A DNA stretch of 59,759 bases. Source: Kiritimatiellales bacterium. GTDB taxonomy: Bacteria; Patescibacteriota; Gracilibacteria; Peribacterales; Peribacteraceae. A program made the translations under genes and the position numbers. The notes below the pieces were generated by a model. The model was not told the DNA's origin, searched no databases, and saw nothing but the letters and a program-made list of their open reading frames with translations. The DNA is taken from NCBI GenBank assembly GCA_021734665.1, contig JAIPIN010000001.1, forward strand, positions 1 to 59,759, in the 5' to 3' direction. Numbering within the stretch: the stretch's first letter is position 1; every line of letters starts with the position of its first letter. Shown one piece after another: positions 17,949-28,436 of this stretch.

Positions 17949-19328
17949 ATGCCCATTGCATCTATACATGATCAGACTAATCCTGCAGCCTACACAGAAG
18001 GACTGATCAAGGGCGTAACCGAAGAGCTTATTCTAAAAATTTCAGCTGATAAAAAAGAACCCAAGTGGATGAGAGATCATAGACTTAAATCTTTCGAAAT
18101 TTTTAAGAATTTATCTTTGCCAAAGTGGGGTCCAGATATTTCTAGTCTAGATTTAGATGACATTATTTATTACGCGCCGTTAGGTTTGGAAGAGGCAAGT
18201 GATTGGGGAGAGGTTCCGGAAGACATACGAAAGGTTTACTACAGACTTGGAATTCCAGAAGCAGAGTACAAGTGGCTTGCAGGAGTTGGTGCACAGTACG
18301 AAAGTGAAATTGTTTATCACAGTTTAAAAAAACAATGGGCAGAACAAGGTGTAATATTTTTGGATATGGATGATGCAGTTCATGAGCATCCAGAACTAGT
18401 GCAGGAATATTTTATGAAATGCGTTCCAAATTCCGATCATAAATTTGCAGCACTACATGGAGCGGTATGGTCCGGTGGAACCTTCCTATACATTCCAAAA
18501 GGACTAGTGGTCACTGAGCCATTGCAGGCGTATTTCCGCATGAATGCTCCAAATATGGGACAATTTGAGCATACTCTTATAATCATAGAAGAAGGCGCAG
18601 AGGCACATTACATAGAAGGTTGCTCGGCTCCAAAGTACGGCACTCAAGCATTGCATGCAGGGTGTGTAGAGATTTATGCAAAGCCTAGTTCGCGTGTTCG
18701 ATATTCGTCAGTAGAAAACTGGAGCAAGGATACGTACAACTTAAACACTAAGCGTGCAATTGTAGAAAAAGATGCAGTGATGGAATGGGTGGGAGGCAAC
18801 ATGGGTTCGGGAGTAACAATGCTATACCCATGTTCCATGTTAGTTGGCGAAGGTGCCAAGGCTGATCATCTTGGTTTGGCATTTGCAAATGAAGAGCAAT
18901 GGCAAGATACCGGTTCCAAAGTAATGCATTTAGCACCACACACATCCAGCTCCATTGTTTCTAAGTCTGTTAGTAAAAGTGGAGGAGTGTCCGTTTATCG
19001 TGGAACAGTGTACATCGCACCCAATGCATATGATTGCACGGTGGGTGTGGAGTGCGATGCGTTGTTACTGGATGAGACCAGCCGTACCGATACGATTCCT
19101 GATATCAAAGTAAGAAACAATGATGTAACTATTGCGCATGAAGCCCGAGTTGGGCGCTTAAGCGAAGAGGATTTGTTTTACCTACAGTCGCGTGGAATAG
19201 CAGAAGAAGAGGCAAAATCCATGATTGTGAATGGCTTTATAGAGCCAATCGTTCGCCTGCTTCCTTTGGAATATGCAGTTGAGATGAACAGGCTGATTGA
19301 GCTGGAGATGGAGGGGTCGGTGGGTTAA
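17949..19328 (+). CDS. sufB: Fe-S cluster assembly protein SufB
   Basis: GVGAQYESE, AVWSGGTF, PLQAYFR, GQFEHTLII, YIEGCSAP and YLQSRGI...IVNGF motifs. Confidence 0.97.
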   Translation: MPIASIHDQTNPAAYTEGLIKGVTEELILKISADKKEPKWMRDHRLKSFEIFKNLSLPKWGPDISSLDLDDIIYYAPLGLEEASDWGEVPEDIRKVYYRLGIPEAEYKWLAGVGAQYESEIVYHSLKKQWAEQGVIFLDMDDAVHEHPELVQEYFMKCVPNSDHKFAALHGAVWSGGTFLYIPKGLVVTEPLQAYFRMNAPNMGQFEHTLIIIEEGAEAHYIEGCSAPKYGTQALHAGCVEIYAKPSSRVRYSSVENWSKDTYNLNTKRAIVEKDAVMEWVGGNMGSGVTMLYPCSMLVGEGAKADHLGLAFANEEQWQDTGSKVMHLAPHTSSSIVSKSVSKSGGVSVYRGTVYIAPNAYDCTVGVECDALLLDETSRTDTIPDIKVRNNDVTIAHEARVGRLSEEDLFYLQSRGIAEEEAKSMIVNGFIEPIVRLLPLEYAVEMNRLIELEMEGSVG

Positions 19329-19331
19329 ATT

Positions 19332-19772
19332 TTATCGGGGTTTTTTGGTTTTTGATTTAGCTTTTTTAATCGCCTCATCCACATTGTTGCGTGTTACGAT
19401 AATCATATGTGGCACACCTGTGTCAGATTTCCCTTTTTGTTTTTCCTGCGCAAGTGTACGACTGATGGTGTTGCGCAGTATGGGGTGGAGAGTAGTGTCT
19501 TTAGAAAGTTTGTGGAGAAGTGTGTTAATTTCCTCCGGTGTGCGAGGGTTTTCTCTATTCACTATTTCACTAAATAACCATAAGGCGTCCATTGGTACTT
19601 TGCCTTGGCAGAGTCGTACTATATGCGGAGCAATATCTGGCTGCCCCAAATGAGTATGTATGGCATGCGCTCCGCGATCCCACGATGTAGCAGGGATGAC
19701 ACGTTCCTCTTTTGGGGGAATGGGAGGGGGAGCGTCTTCAAAAAGATGTAGCTGATCGGAAGCTTCTTTCAT
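19332..19772 (-). CDS. Hypothetical protein
   Basis: 146-aa ORF with TATACT 9 nt upstream of the ATG; no recognisable domain. Confidence 0.55.
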   Translation of the reverse strand: MKEASDQLHLFEDAPPPIPPKEERVIPATSWDRGAHAIHTHLGQPDIAPHIVRLCQGKVPMDALWLFSEIVNRENPRTPEEINTLLHKLSKDTTLHPILRNTISRTLAQEKQKGKSDTGVPHMIIVTRNNVDEAIKKAKSKTKKPR

Positions 19773-19791
19773 GGTGCAAGCAGTATACTCT

Positions 19792-20097
19792 TTAGCGGTA
19801 TTGCAGACCTTCTAGCGTTGATCGTGCATCTATGATGGCACTTTCTAGTTCTGTTGCTGCATTTGCTGGATCTTCTGTGGCGGTTCTTAAAATATGTTCA
19901 ACGTCACCTTTAAGCTTGCGACCTTTATCTAGAGCCTCTGGACTATCTGATAGTGTTACCAATCGGCTGATAAGTGTTCTTGCTTCGCCTTCAAGGCTTT
20001 GCAAATCAGGTTCGGCAACTTCTGTTCCAGCTTCTGTTTGAGCGAAAGCTTCATGGGCTACATCAAATGGGTCTAATGAGGTTTCGAAATCATCCAT
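19792..20097 (-). CDS. Hypothetical acidic helical protein
   Basis: 101-aa ORF with a TTTTCCCC leader motif 8 nt before the ATG. Confidence 0.6.
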   Translation of the reverse strand: MDDFETSLDPFDVAHEAFAQTEAGTEVAEPDLQSLEGEARTLISRLVTLSDSPEALDKGRKLKGDVEHILRTATEDPANAATELESAIIDARSTLEGLQYR

Positions 20098-20153
20098 GAA
20101 TATAAGGGGAAAAGTATGTTATTAATATACTATATAAGAGGGATAAAGCAAGA

Positions 20154-20735
20154 TCAGGATTTTGGCTTTCTAGTGAGCCTTTTTAGGTCCCCGTGTTTTA
20201 AGTAGTGGTCAAGTAATGTAGAAAATGCAATGTTATCTTCTTTCTTTAGTGTTTGCTTAACAATGTGTTCACGGAATCGTTTTACTATATCAATTGCCCG
20301 TGGAAGATCATCTAGCCCGTGGATAATACGACTTACATTATTGCGCTTTGTGCGTCTGGCAGTGTCTATACATCCGCCGATTTTTCCTAGTCTTGATCTG
20401 GAAATTCGTTGAGCTCTAGAAAGGGGTGTACTTTCTGTGTCGCAATCAAGCCATGTTGCAGGTTGCCACACTTCGTTATCTGCAAGTGAGACAGGTGGTT
20501 CATTGTTAGTAAGCACTTCCAAAACAAGCTCATGATATTCTGCAATGCAAGCAAATGGATTTAAACCTACTGATGCATGTTTACTTGAGGTATTAACAAT
20601 AAATATTTCTCCTTGCTTACAAATATCCATCCAGTCTGCATGTTGATCAATATGCTTAAATGGTTCATCTATTTTTCTATCCAATCCTTCTGCAATGATT
20701 GGATCATTTATAACGAAAATTCGAGGTTGTTCCAT
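20154..20735 (-). CDS. Hypothetical protein
   Basis: Open frame; start set to ATG 20735 (MEQPR), with TATACT 9 nt upstream. Confidence 0.55.
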   Translation of the reverse strand: MEQPRIFVINDPIIAEGLDRKIDEPFKHIDQHADWMDICKQGEIFIVNTSSKHASVGLNPFACIAEYHELVLEVLTNNEPPVSLADNEVWQPATWLDCDTESTPLSRAQRISRSRLGKIGGCIDTARRTKRNNVSRIIHGLDDLPRAIDIVKRFREHIVKQTLKKEDNIAFSTLLDHYLKHGDLKRLTRKPKS

Positions 20736-20744
20736 GATAGTTAC

Positions 20745-20752
20745 AGTATACT
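20745..20752. promoter_or_regulatory. Palindromic bidirectional -10 element
   Basis: AGTATACT reads TATACT on both strands, each copy exactly 9 nt from a divergent ATG (20735 minus, 20762 plus). Confidence 0.65.
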
Positions 20753-20761
20753 TCATGTTCC

Positions 20762-21499
20762 ATGATCTATTTGGCTACAGATACAGGCATTAAACAAGAA
20801 ATCACAATTCCACGCGGTTTGCAGGAAGATGCTCCAACAGAGATTGTTGTATCAGAAGATGCGCATATTGTTTTGAATGCAGAAGAAGAGTCTTGCAGTG
20901 AATATATAATCAATGTTCAAGATGCTCATTTGAATTTAGAAGTGATTTTGGATAAAGGAGCTAGGCTCACTGTAAATTTATCAGTTAACTCTGGAGTTAT
21001 CATTCAACGCGGACGAGTGGGAGAGAATGCAAAACTAAATTGGGTAAATAAAACTTTTGGTAGCGATGTTAAGCAAGAGTTGGCTTCGGAAGTTGTAGGA
21101 GTCAACGGAGAGAGTTCAGTTCATTGGATTTTTAGAGCAGGCAATAAAGATCATTTGCAGTTATCTGCACATAATATTTTTCAGGGTCAGCAGGGCAGAG
21201 GAGAGATCGTGATGAAGGGGGTCGTGGAGGATCAGGCTCAGGTGAGTTGTAATGGAATGATAGAAGTGGGGGTAGGGGGTAGGGGGTCGGATGCATTCTT
21301 GAAGGAAGACATTTTGATGCTAGATAAAACTGCAAAGATAGATGCAGTTCCGGGATTAGAAATCAAAACGAATGATGTAAAAGTGAGTCACTCAGCTAGC
21401 GTGAGGCATGTAAGCCCGGAAGAAATTTTCTACTTTGCATCGCGGGGGGTGGAGGAGAGTGAGGCTAGAAGGATGTATGTGGAGGGATTTCTTGGATGA
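20762..21499 (+). CDS. sufD: SufD-family Fe-S cluster assembly protein (short form)
   Basis: MKGVVEDQA, AVPGLEIKTNDVKVSHSASV and FYFASRGV...YVEGFL motifs. Confidence 0.9.
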   Translation: MIYLATDTGIKQEITIPRGLQEDAPTEIVVSEDAHIVLNAEEESCSEYIINVQDAHLNLEVILDKGARLTVNLSVNSGVIIQRGRVGENAKLNWVNKTFGSDVKQELASEVVGVNGESSVHWIFRAGNKDHLQLSAHNIFQGQQGRGEIVMKGVVEDQAQVSCNGMIEVGVGGRGSDAFLKEDILMLDKTAKIDAVPGLEIKTNDVKVSHSASVRHVSPEEIFYFASRGVEESEARRMYVEGFLG

Positions 21500-21615
21500 C
21501 AATCAACTATCAACACGTTCGTCCCGCATACGCGGGACTCACTTTCGACAATCGACACGTTTTGATAGTTGATGTTTGAGAGGGTGCGAAGCACCTGTGT
21601 TGATTGTTGCATGTC
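21497..21615. repeat. Degenerate heptamer inverted arrays plus a GC hairpin between sufD and the 16S terminator
   Basis: tgacaat caactat caacac / cgacaat cgacac versus ttgatag ttgatg / gttgatt gttgcat; GTCCCGC-atac-GCGGGAC at 21521-21538. Confidence 0.55.
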
Positions 21616-21637
21616 AAAAGCCCCGCTTTCGCGGGGC
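21616..21637 (-). terminator. Intrinsic terminator of the 16S transcript
   Basis: Minus strand GCCCCGC-gaaa-GCGGGGC followed by TTTT. Confidence 0.75.
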
Positions 21638-21644
21638 GTGTTGG

Positions 21645-21669
21645 TCACAACATTGCAGAGTAGAGAAGT
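21645..21669 (-). other. 3' arm of the 16S processing stem
   Basis: tcacaacattgcagagtagagaagt is nearly the reverse complement of acttctctactctgcgatggtgtga at 23586-23610. Confidence 0.8.
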
Positions 21670-21779
21670 CTACCGGGCACCAAGTACGCAAACGCACTTA
21701 GAGATGCTCTCCCGGGCAATCAAATAACATGTTGATCTATGAGCACGATCAGCGCATGTCTTCAGAGATAATTCCCTGG

Positions 21780-23424
<1,645 letters not shown>

Positions 23425-23503
23425 GAGTTGACCTAACTTAAGTAAAAGTTAGTTCAGTCCTTTTTTACTAAAAAGAACAAAAAAAAAGAAATCGAGGTTC
23501 AAT

Positions 23504-23578
23504 GAGTATTTCGTATATTGTATTTCGTATTTCGTATGAAAATCATACGAGATACTAGATACGTGATACTAAATACAA
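23504..23578. repeat. Inverted heptamer arrays (TCGTATT)5 / (RATACNA)5 in the 16S leader
   Basis: gagtatt tcgtata ttgtatt tcgtatt tcgtatg aaaat catacga gatacta gatacgt gatacta aatacaa. Confidence 0.85.
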
Positions 23579-23585
23579 ATTTCAC

Positions 23586-23610
23586 ACTTCTCTACTCTGC
23601 GATGGTGTGA
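23586..23610 (-). other. 5' arm of the 16S processing stem
   Basis: Complementary to 21645-21669. Confidence 0.8.
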
Positions 23611-23736
23611 AGGAACTTTCTTCGGGGCACCTAAATGCCCACTTGCCCTATACAACCGAGGCAAATGCCGAGAAGTTGAGGGACTTGGAGTGTCTTGCTC
23701 CCCGTGCCCTAAGGGCGTTGGGAAGTAGCTCAAGGG

Positions 23737-23764
23737 ATTCTAGTGGATGGAAAGGCAAGGTCAA
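23737..23764 (-). promoter_or_regulatory. Sigma70-type rRNA promoter
   Basis: Minus strand TTGACC (23764-23759), 16-nt spacer, TAGAAT (23742-23737), followed by CCC. Confidence 0.7.
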
Positions 23765-23854
23765 GCGGTTTCTGCATGATATGTGCACAAATTTTTGTTC
23801 AGGCATTTTGTATCTTGTAGATTCAGATTATTGAGCACTCTGTTCATAGAGCCA

Positions 23855-24541
23855 TTAATGCTTTTTTATAGCAATAAGTGCTATAAGGCCAAGAAATTTT
23901 AGAAAATTGAATGGACCTTTTAAGCCAGGTGATAGCTTGCTTGTTCCAATGCGCGATCCATATTTAATTGGTCTGTAGATTACTTTGTAATTATCACGAC
24001 TGGCACAGATGGTTAGTACAATATGCAAAGAGAATCTTTTGGGATATAAGTGAACATACTTCTCCAACACTTCCCGTTTCATGATTCTTAATCCAGAGTT
24101 AATATCTGCGATCTTGCTGTGAGATACTACTTCGGACATTTTTTTTAAAAAGCTTCTAGCCTTCGTGTGCAAAAGAGGTCCGTGCATCAAGGTTTCACGT
24201 AGTCCGGTAACCATATCTGCATTTTCTTGTTTAACTGCATCAAACAATATGGGGATATCTTCTGGCGAGTAAGTATTATCTGCATCTATTGTTGCAATCC
24301 ATTCTCCTTGGGAGTTATTCAATCCTGTAACTATAGATGCACCGTTACCAATATTTTTTTCATGTTGGATTATCTTTATTTTTGGAATATCTAAATTAGA
24401 AATAATCTCAGCAGTTCGATCTGTGCTTCCGTCGTTTACAATTATTATTTCATCGTCATCATTAAGAATTGCAGATGAGCGACGAACAATATCTTCTATT
24501 GAACCTTCTTCATTGTATACAGGGATGATTAACGAAAGCAT
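23855..24541 (-). CDS. Glycosyltransferase family 2 (polyprenol-phosphate glycosyltransferase/DPM-synthase-like)
   Basis: LIIPVYNEE, VNDGSTD, IDADNTY and DINSGLR motifs. Confidence 0.92.
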   Translation of the reverse strand: MLSLIIPVYNEEGSIEDIVRRSSAILNDDDEIIIVNDGSTDRTAEIISNLDIPKIKIIQHEKNIGNGASIVTGLNNSQGEWIATIDADNTYSPEDIPILFDAVKQENADMVTGLRETLMHGPLLHTKARSFLKKMSEVVSHSKIADINSGLRIMKREVLEKYVHLYPKRFSLHIVLTICASRDNYKVIYRPIKYGSRIGTSKLSPGLKGPFNFLKFLGLIALIAIKKH

Positions 24542-24553
24542 ATTATTAGGGTA

Positions 24554-26557
24554 TCACTTTAATCTAGATCTCTTGATACTTTTTGTTGATGCTTTCCATA
24601 GTTTACGTGCCGACTGGAACATAGGCCCCAGTATCCAATTTGGAGTAATGTCAGCTAAGAATCTACTTGGTGATTTGCTGCAAACCCAGAAGATTGAATC
24701 TAACAAGTGCTCGAATACTCTGCGCTTAAAAGTAACAGGTGGCATACTCAAGTTAATTTCCGGCACACGCTTGCCGCATCTTTTCATATTTTGAATACGT
24801 AGAAACGATCCTCTTTTTTTAAAGTCTAGTCCGTGCGATTGCATTTGTATGGCTTCTCCTTCGGTAATGTCTTTAAGTTCTAGCTTGCCTTGGTTCGCCA
24901 TCTCTTTTATTAACTCATCGCCAAGTGCCGTTCTTGTAATAAGTAGCGAGAACCCTTTGCCGCGCTCTTCGTACACTGGCGCCCATGCATCTCCGCCAGA
25001 TAGATCGGTAAGCTCGTTGGTAAGATCATGAGAAATCAATGAGCTCTTTGTAATGTGGAAGGGGATTAAATAGTTTGCATGGAATTTTGGCATGCTAATT
25101 ACCTTTCCGTTTTTAAGTGTTACTTCCATATGTCCTGGCCAATCTCCTGCACGGAAATTTAAACTTACAACATCCTGTTTCTTTGCTCCAAATTTTCGCA
25201 AGAAACTTTTAATAGAACTCCCATATAATTCATTCCCGTAGAATGGGCCAAAGATGTATTTAATAGATGCAACCGATGGATGATTCAGTTTTTGTAGTCT
25301 TCTAATAGATAGTACCTGATGCGGTAGGCCAACATATGCCAGAGGCCCTGATTCATTTTCTAGCTCGGATAAAATTACATTAGTAGGCGTGACCGTATAT
25401 TTACTTTGTGCTGATTCTAAAATTTCTTCCTTGGTACGAGCAATCGTTGCTACAGATCTCCATGGATGCTCTTTGTCCATCTTAAGTACTACGGCACCAT
25501 TTATTTTCCCTGTTTCTAATAGATGAATAAGAGCTCCTGTGAGTATGCCGCCGCTTGCAGCATTACTGCGTATGGTTTGATCAGTGTGATTAGCGATTGC
25601 AATCCTTTTATATTCGCCCAGAAGTGAACCGGTATACATCTCACCTGGGCTTATTTCTGGCGATGCACTGTAGCAAATTTCTGGTACAGGTCCGGTTCCG
25701 GTTTTAGTTGGTATACATTCTCCATCAGGATCAGAAAGTTTAAGAGTGCCCTTGGAAAGCCCGATAGATGTTCCGCTGTGCATGCACAAATTTGGTTTCA
25801 ATATTTCCTCCTGAATTTTTGCCCATACCGGATCACGACTTGCTGTTTTTTCTGCAATAAAAAAGTGCCTTATACCCATGCGATTAAAACCAATGTGTCG
25901 CAGTAATCCCAAATGTACTTTTTCTACAAACTTTTTGAGCCATGCAGGGCCAACCGGTAAAAATACAGTTCCCCTATGGTGTATCACTTTAAATTCGCAA
26001 TCACGCATTGCTTTAAGCACCTCTTTTACAGTCATGAATCTGTGTGGACCCTCTCCGTGATTATCAAAAAACTTTTCGTAAATTTGCAGTGGAAGTTCCG
26101 ACCACGCAGGTGGGCAAGAGAGTATTAGTTTCCCTCCAACTTTAAGAACTCTATGGCACTCCAGCAAAAAGTGCAGAGGATCTGGTACATGCTCGAGTGT
26201 TTCTAGTGACACTATTACATCTTTTGATTCTGTTTCGCATGAAAGGTTGTGTAGGTCAGTTTGATCAAATGATTCTTGAGGGAATCTATTTTTTGCAATA
26301 TCAATAAACTTTGCTGAAACTTCCAAATTTTCTATTTCTGCAGTTGGGCATTTTTCTCTTATATATTTAACTGCACTTCCAGTACGCGACCATACATTCA
26401 ATACTTTTAAATTTTCTCCAGCAGGAAAAAATTTTTGCATGGTTGTAAATCGTTCTGAATGTGCCCAGTTAAGACCTTTGTTAACACTATCATATATTTC
26501 GGAAACAGAGTCCCAGTGTTCCCTTACTTGATAAATGTTAAATGAATTTTTTTTCAT
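24554..26557 (-). CDS. Fusion of a class I SAM methyltransferase-like domain and an FrhB/FdhB (F420 hydrogenase beta)-like domain with degenerate Fe-S ligands
   Basis: N-terminal SLETLEHVPDP..LECHRVLKVGG; C-terminal RSNAASGG, AQSKY, YVGLPHQ, FRAGDWPG and DLSGGDAW. Confidence 0.8.
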   Translation of the reverse strand: MKKNSFNIYQVREHWDSVSEIYDSVNKGLNWAHSERFTTMQKFFPAGENLKVLNVWSRTGSAVKYIREKCPTAEIENLEVSAKFIDIAKNRFPQESFDQTDLHNLSCETESKDVIVSLETLEHVPDPLHFLLECHRVLKVGGKLILSCPPAWSELPLQIYEKFFDNHGEGPHRFMTVKEVLKAMRDCEFKVIHHRGTVFLPVGPAWLKKFVEKVHLGLLRHIGFNRMGIRHFFIAEKTASRDPVWAKIQEEILKPNLCMHSGTSIGLSKGTLKLSDPDGECIPTKTGTGPVPEICYSASPEISPGEMYTGSLLGEYKRIAIANHTDQTIRSNAASGGILTGALIHLLETGKINGAVVLKMDKEHPWRSVATIARTKEEILESAQSKYTVTPTNVILSELENESGPLAYVGLPHQVLSIRRLQKLNHPSVASIKYIFGPFYGNELYGSSIKSFLRKFGAKKQDVVSLNFRAGDWPGHMEVTLKNGKVISMPKFHANYLIPFHITKSSLISHDLTNELTDLSGGDAWAPVYEERGKGFSLLITRTALGDELIKEMANQGKLELKDITEGEAIQMQSHGLDFKKRGSFLRIQNMKRCGKRVPEINLSMPPVTFKRRVFEHLLDSIFWVCSKSPSRFLADITPNWILGPMFQSARKLWKASTKSIKRSRLK

Positions 26558-27395
26558 GAGGTTGTTTTAATGGATATCTGATCCAGAAGTAAGCTCCAAT
26601 ACTAGATGCAAACAAGGTCAGAATGAATATTGTAAAAGAGAATGTAATCGCTTTTTCTGCCGCTATTCCAAGTGTACCAAAGAAATAGATAATGGCTGCA
26701 TCACGAGTGCCAAGACCTGCTGGGGCAATTGGGAGAATACTTATTATTCCTACCAAGGTCATAATTGAGATAAATATAGGTAGCACTATTTGCAGATCAA
26801 ATCCTACGGAAAGTATCCAAAGCTGAAGAAAATAAACACACCAATTAACGACAGTAAGTATAAGTGCGCTCAGCCAACTCTTTATATTAATGTTTGGAAG
26901 CAAAATTTTTCTTGTGAGTAGAATCAGGATCATTATTAAAGATCCTGTAAGCCCAATACCAAATGCAAAATTAGCAGAGATCAGCTTGGCACTTGCCCAT
27001 ATTCCAATTATTCCAAGGATAAGAACATCAAGAGCGCGATCTATAACAGTTATGCTTGTGGCATCTTTTATCTTTAAGCCTTGGTTTACAAGCGCTGGTA
27101 TTTTTATAGCTTCACCTAGTTTGCCAGGTGTTGCTATACCCAAAAAAAGTCCACTCATATATATACGCATCGATTCTTTAAAATTTGTGTCAGCTCCTGC
27201 TGCACTTGTAAGCACATGCCACCTGTATGATTTGATTAAATAAATAACAGGAAAAAGAATTATTGCTGCCACCAACGCTAGTACAGAAACTTGCATTAAA
27301 TTTGTACTGGCCTGTTGAATATCTATTTTCAATAGGATCCAAATAAACAGAACGATGCCTATACCTTTGATGGCGTACATAGGGATACGTTGCAT
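26538..27395 (-). CDS. Lysylphosphatidylglycerol synthase TM / UPF0104 flippase-like membrane protein
   Basis: KSYRW, TPGKLGEAIK, IDRALD and LPIAPAGLGTRD motifs; multi-pass. Confidence 0.88.
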   Translation of the reverse strand: MQRIPMYAIKGIGIVLFIWILLKIDIQQASTNLMQVSVLALVAAIILFPVIYLIKSYRWHVLTSAAGADTNFKESMRIYMSGLFLGIATPGKLGEAIKIPALVNQGLKIKDATSITVIDRALDVLILGIIGIWASAKLISANFAFGIGLTGSLIMILILLTRKILLPNINIKSWLSALILTVVNWCVYFLQLWILSVGFDLQIVLPIFISIMTLVGIISILPIAPAGLGTRDAAIIYFFGTLGIAAEKAITFSFTIFILTLFASSIGAYFWIRYPLKQPHEKKFI

Positions 27396-27399
27396 GTAA

Positions 27400-28254
27400 T
27401 TATGAGGAATGAATTTCTCTTCTTACTGCTGCAACTTGGTCTGCTAGTAATCCAAAGAAGAACAAGAAGCCTGTAAGAGTAATGAGTGCAGTCACACTGT
27501 CAGAGATATTATTATTGATGCTCAGTTCAAATATCAAAAGTCCCAAAGTAATTAGCCCACTAACAATGCTCAAAGGAAGTAGCAAGCGCAGGGGAGAGAA
27601 TAGCATCGTAAGACGCAAGATTAACATCAAAGTCTTTACCGCATCACTTGGTCGTACAGTGCTTTTGCCCGTGCGTGGCTTGATGTTTATTGGTACATAA
27701 ACAACATTCAGTCTCTCTCGCAGAAAGCACACGGTGCTAGTTGTAGAAATAGAAAAACCATTTGGGAATAAATGAGAGTATTTGTGGAATGTAGAAACAC
27801 GGAATGCTCGTAATCCAGAATTAAGATCGGGAATCTTAAAATCAGATAGATGGTTTGCAACCATGTGTAGAATTTTCTTTCCTGGCTGTCTGATTAATGG
27901 GCCTTTATATCCTTCTCTCTTGCCAACTACCATGTCGTTGTCATCTTTCATTTCTGTTAGAAGCTTGTCTATTAAATCTGGTGTGTGCTGTCCGTCTGCA
28001 TCGTATGTAATTACCCATTCAGTCTTAGCAGCTCTTACACCGGTCTTTATTGCCGCTCCATATCCTTTATTATAAGCATGAGTTATTACCTTAACTCCTT
28101 CAATTTCTTTAGCTTTAGCTCCTGTTCCGTCCGTTGATCCGTCGTCTATTACAATAACTGTTCCTCTGCCATTTATCGCAGAAAAAAGCTCTTTTAGCAC
28201 TTCAGATATACCTTCTGCTTCGTTATATGCCGGAATAATGATTGTGAACTCCAT
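27400..28254 (-). CDS. Glycosyltransferase family 2 (DPM-synthase-like, C-terminal TMs)
   Basis: IIIPAYNEA, IDDGSTD, NKGYGAA, YDADGQH and DLNSGLRAF motifs; two C-terminal TMs. Confidence 0.92.
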   Translation of the reverse strand: MEFTIIIPAYNEAEGISEVLKELFSAINGRGTVIVIDDGSTDGTGAKAKEIEGVKVITHAYNKGYGAAIKTGVRAAKTEWVITYDADGQHTPDLIDKLLTEMKDDNDMVVGKREGYKGPLIRQPGKKILHMVANHLSDFKIPDLNSGLRAFRVSTFHKYSHLFPNGFSISTTSTVCFLRERLNVVYVPINIKPRTGKSTVRPSDAVKTLMLILRLTMLFSPLRLLLPLSIVSGLITLGLLIFELSINNNISDSVTALITLTGFLFFFGLLADQVAAVRREIHSS

Positions 28255-28436
28255 TTCCGTGACAATAATACCTCATTGCCTATTTAGATATAGTGGATTG
28301 GGGGTTTTCTTTTTTTGATACAAAATACCAAAGCCCCAGAATTCCTCCCAAATTAATTATCAAAAACATCATGAGTGTGAGTGCTAGGAAAGATAATAGT
28401 AATACTCAAGTGAGTAATATATTATATAGTCATATT

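Noticed and set aside
21497..21499. Genetic code 25 (TGA = Gly) as in Gracilibacteria/Absconditabacteria
   Set aside because: TGA ends sufD, the amidotransferase and other genes at expected positions, and long ORFs have no in-frame TGA.
21640..21779. tRNA in the 16S trailer
   Set aside because: No cloverleaf or TTCGA T-loop was found; the region is explained by the processing stem and terminator.
23607..23834. 75-aa plus-strand ORF
   Set aside because: It overlaps the rRNA promoter and leader on the opposite strand and has no motifs.
24554..25830. A real F420-reducing hydrogenase or methanogen-type metabolism
   Set aside because: There are no hydrogenase subunits nearby, the Fe-S ligands are lost, and the context is a glycan locus.
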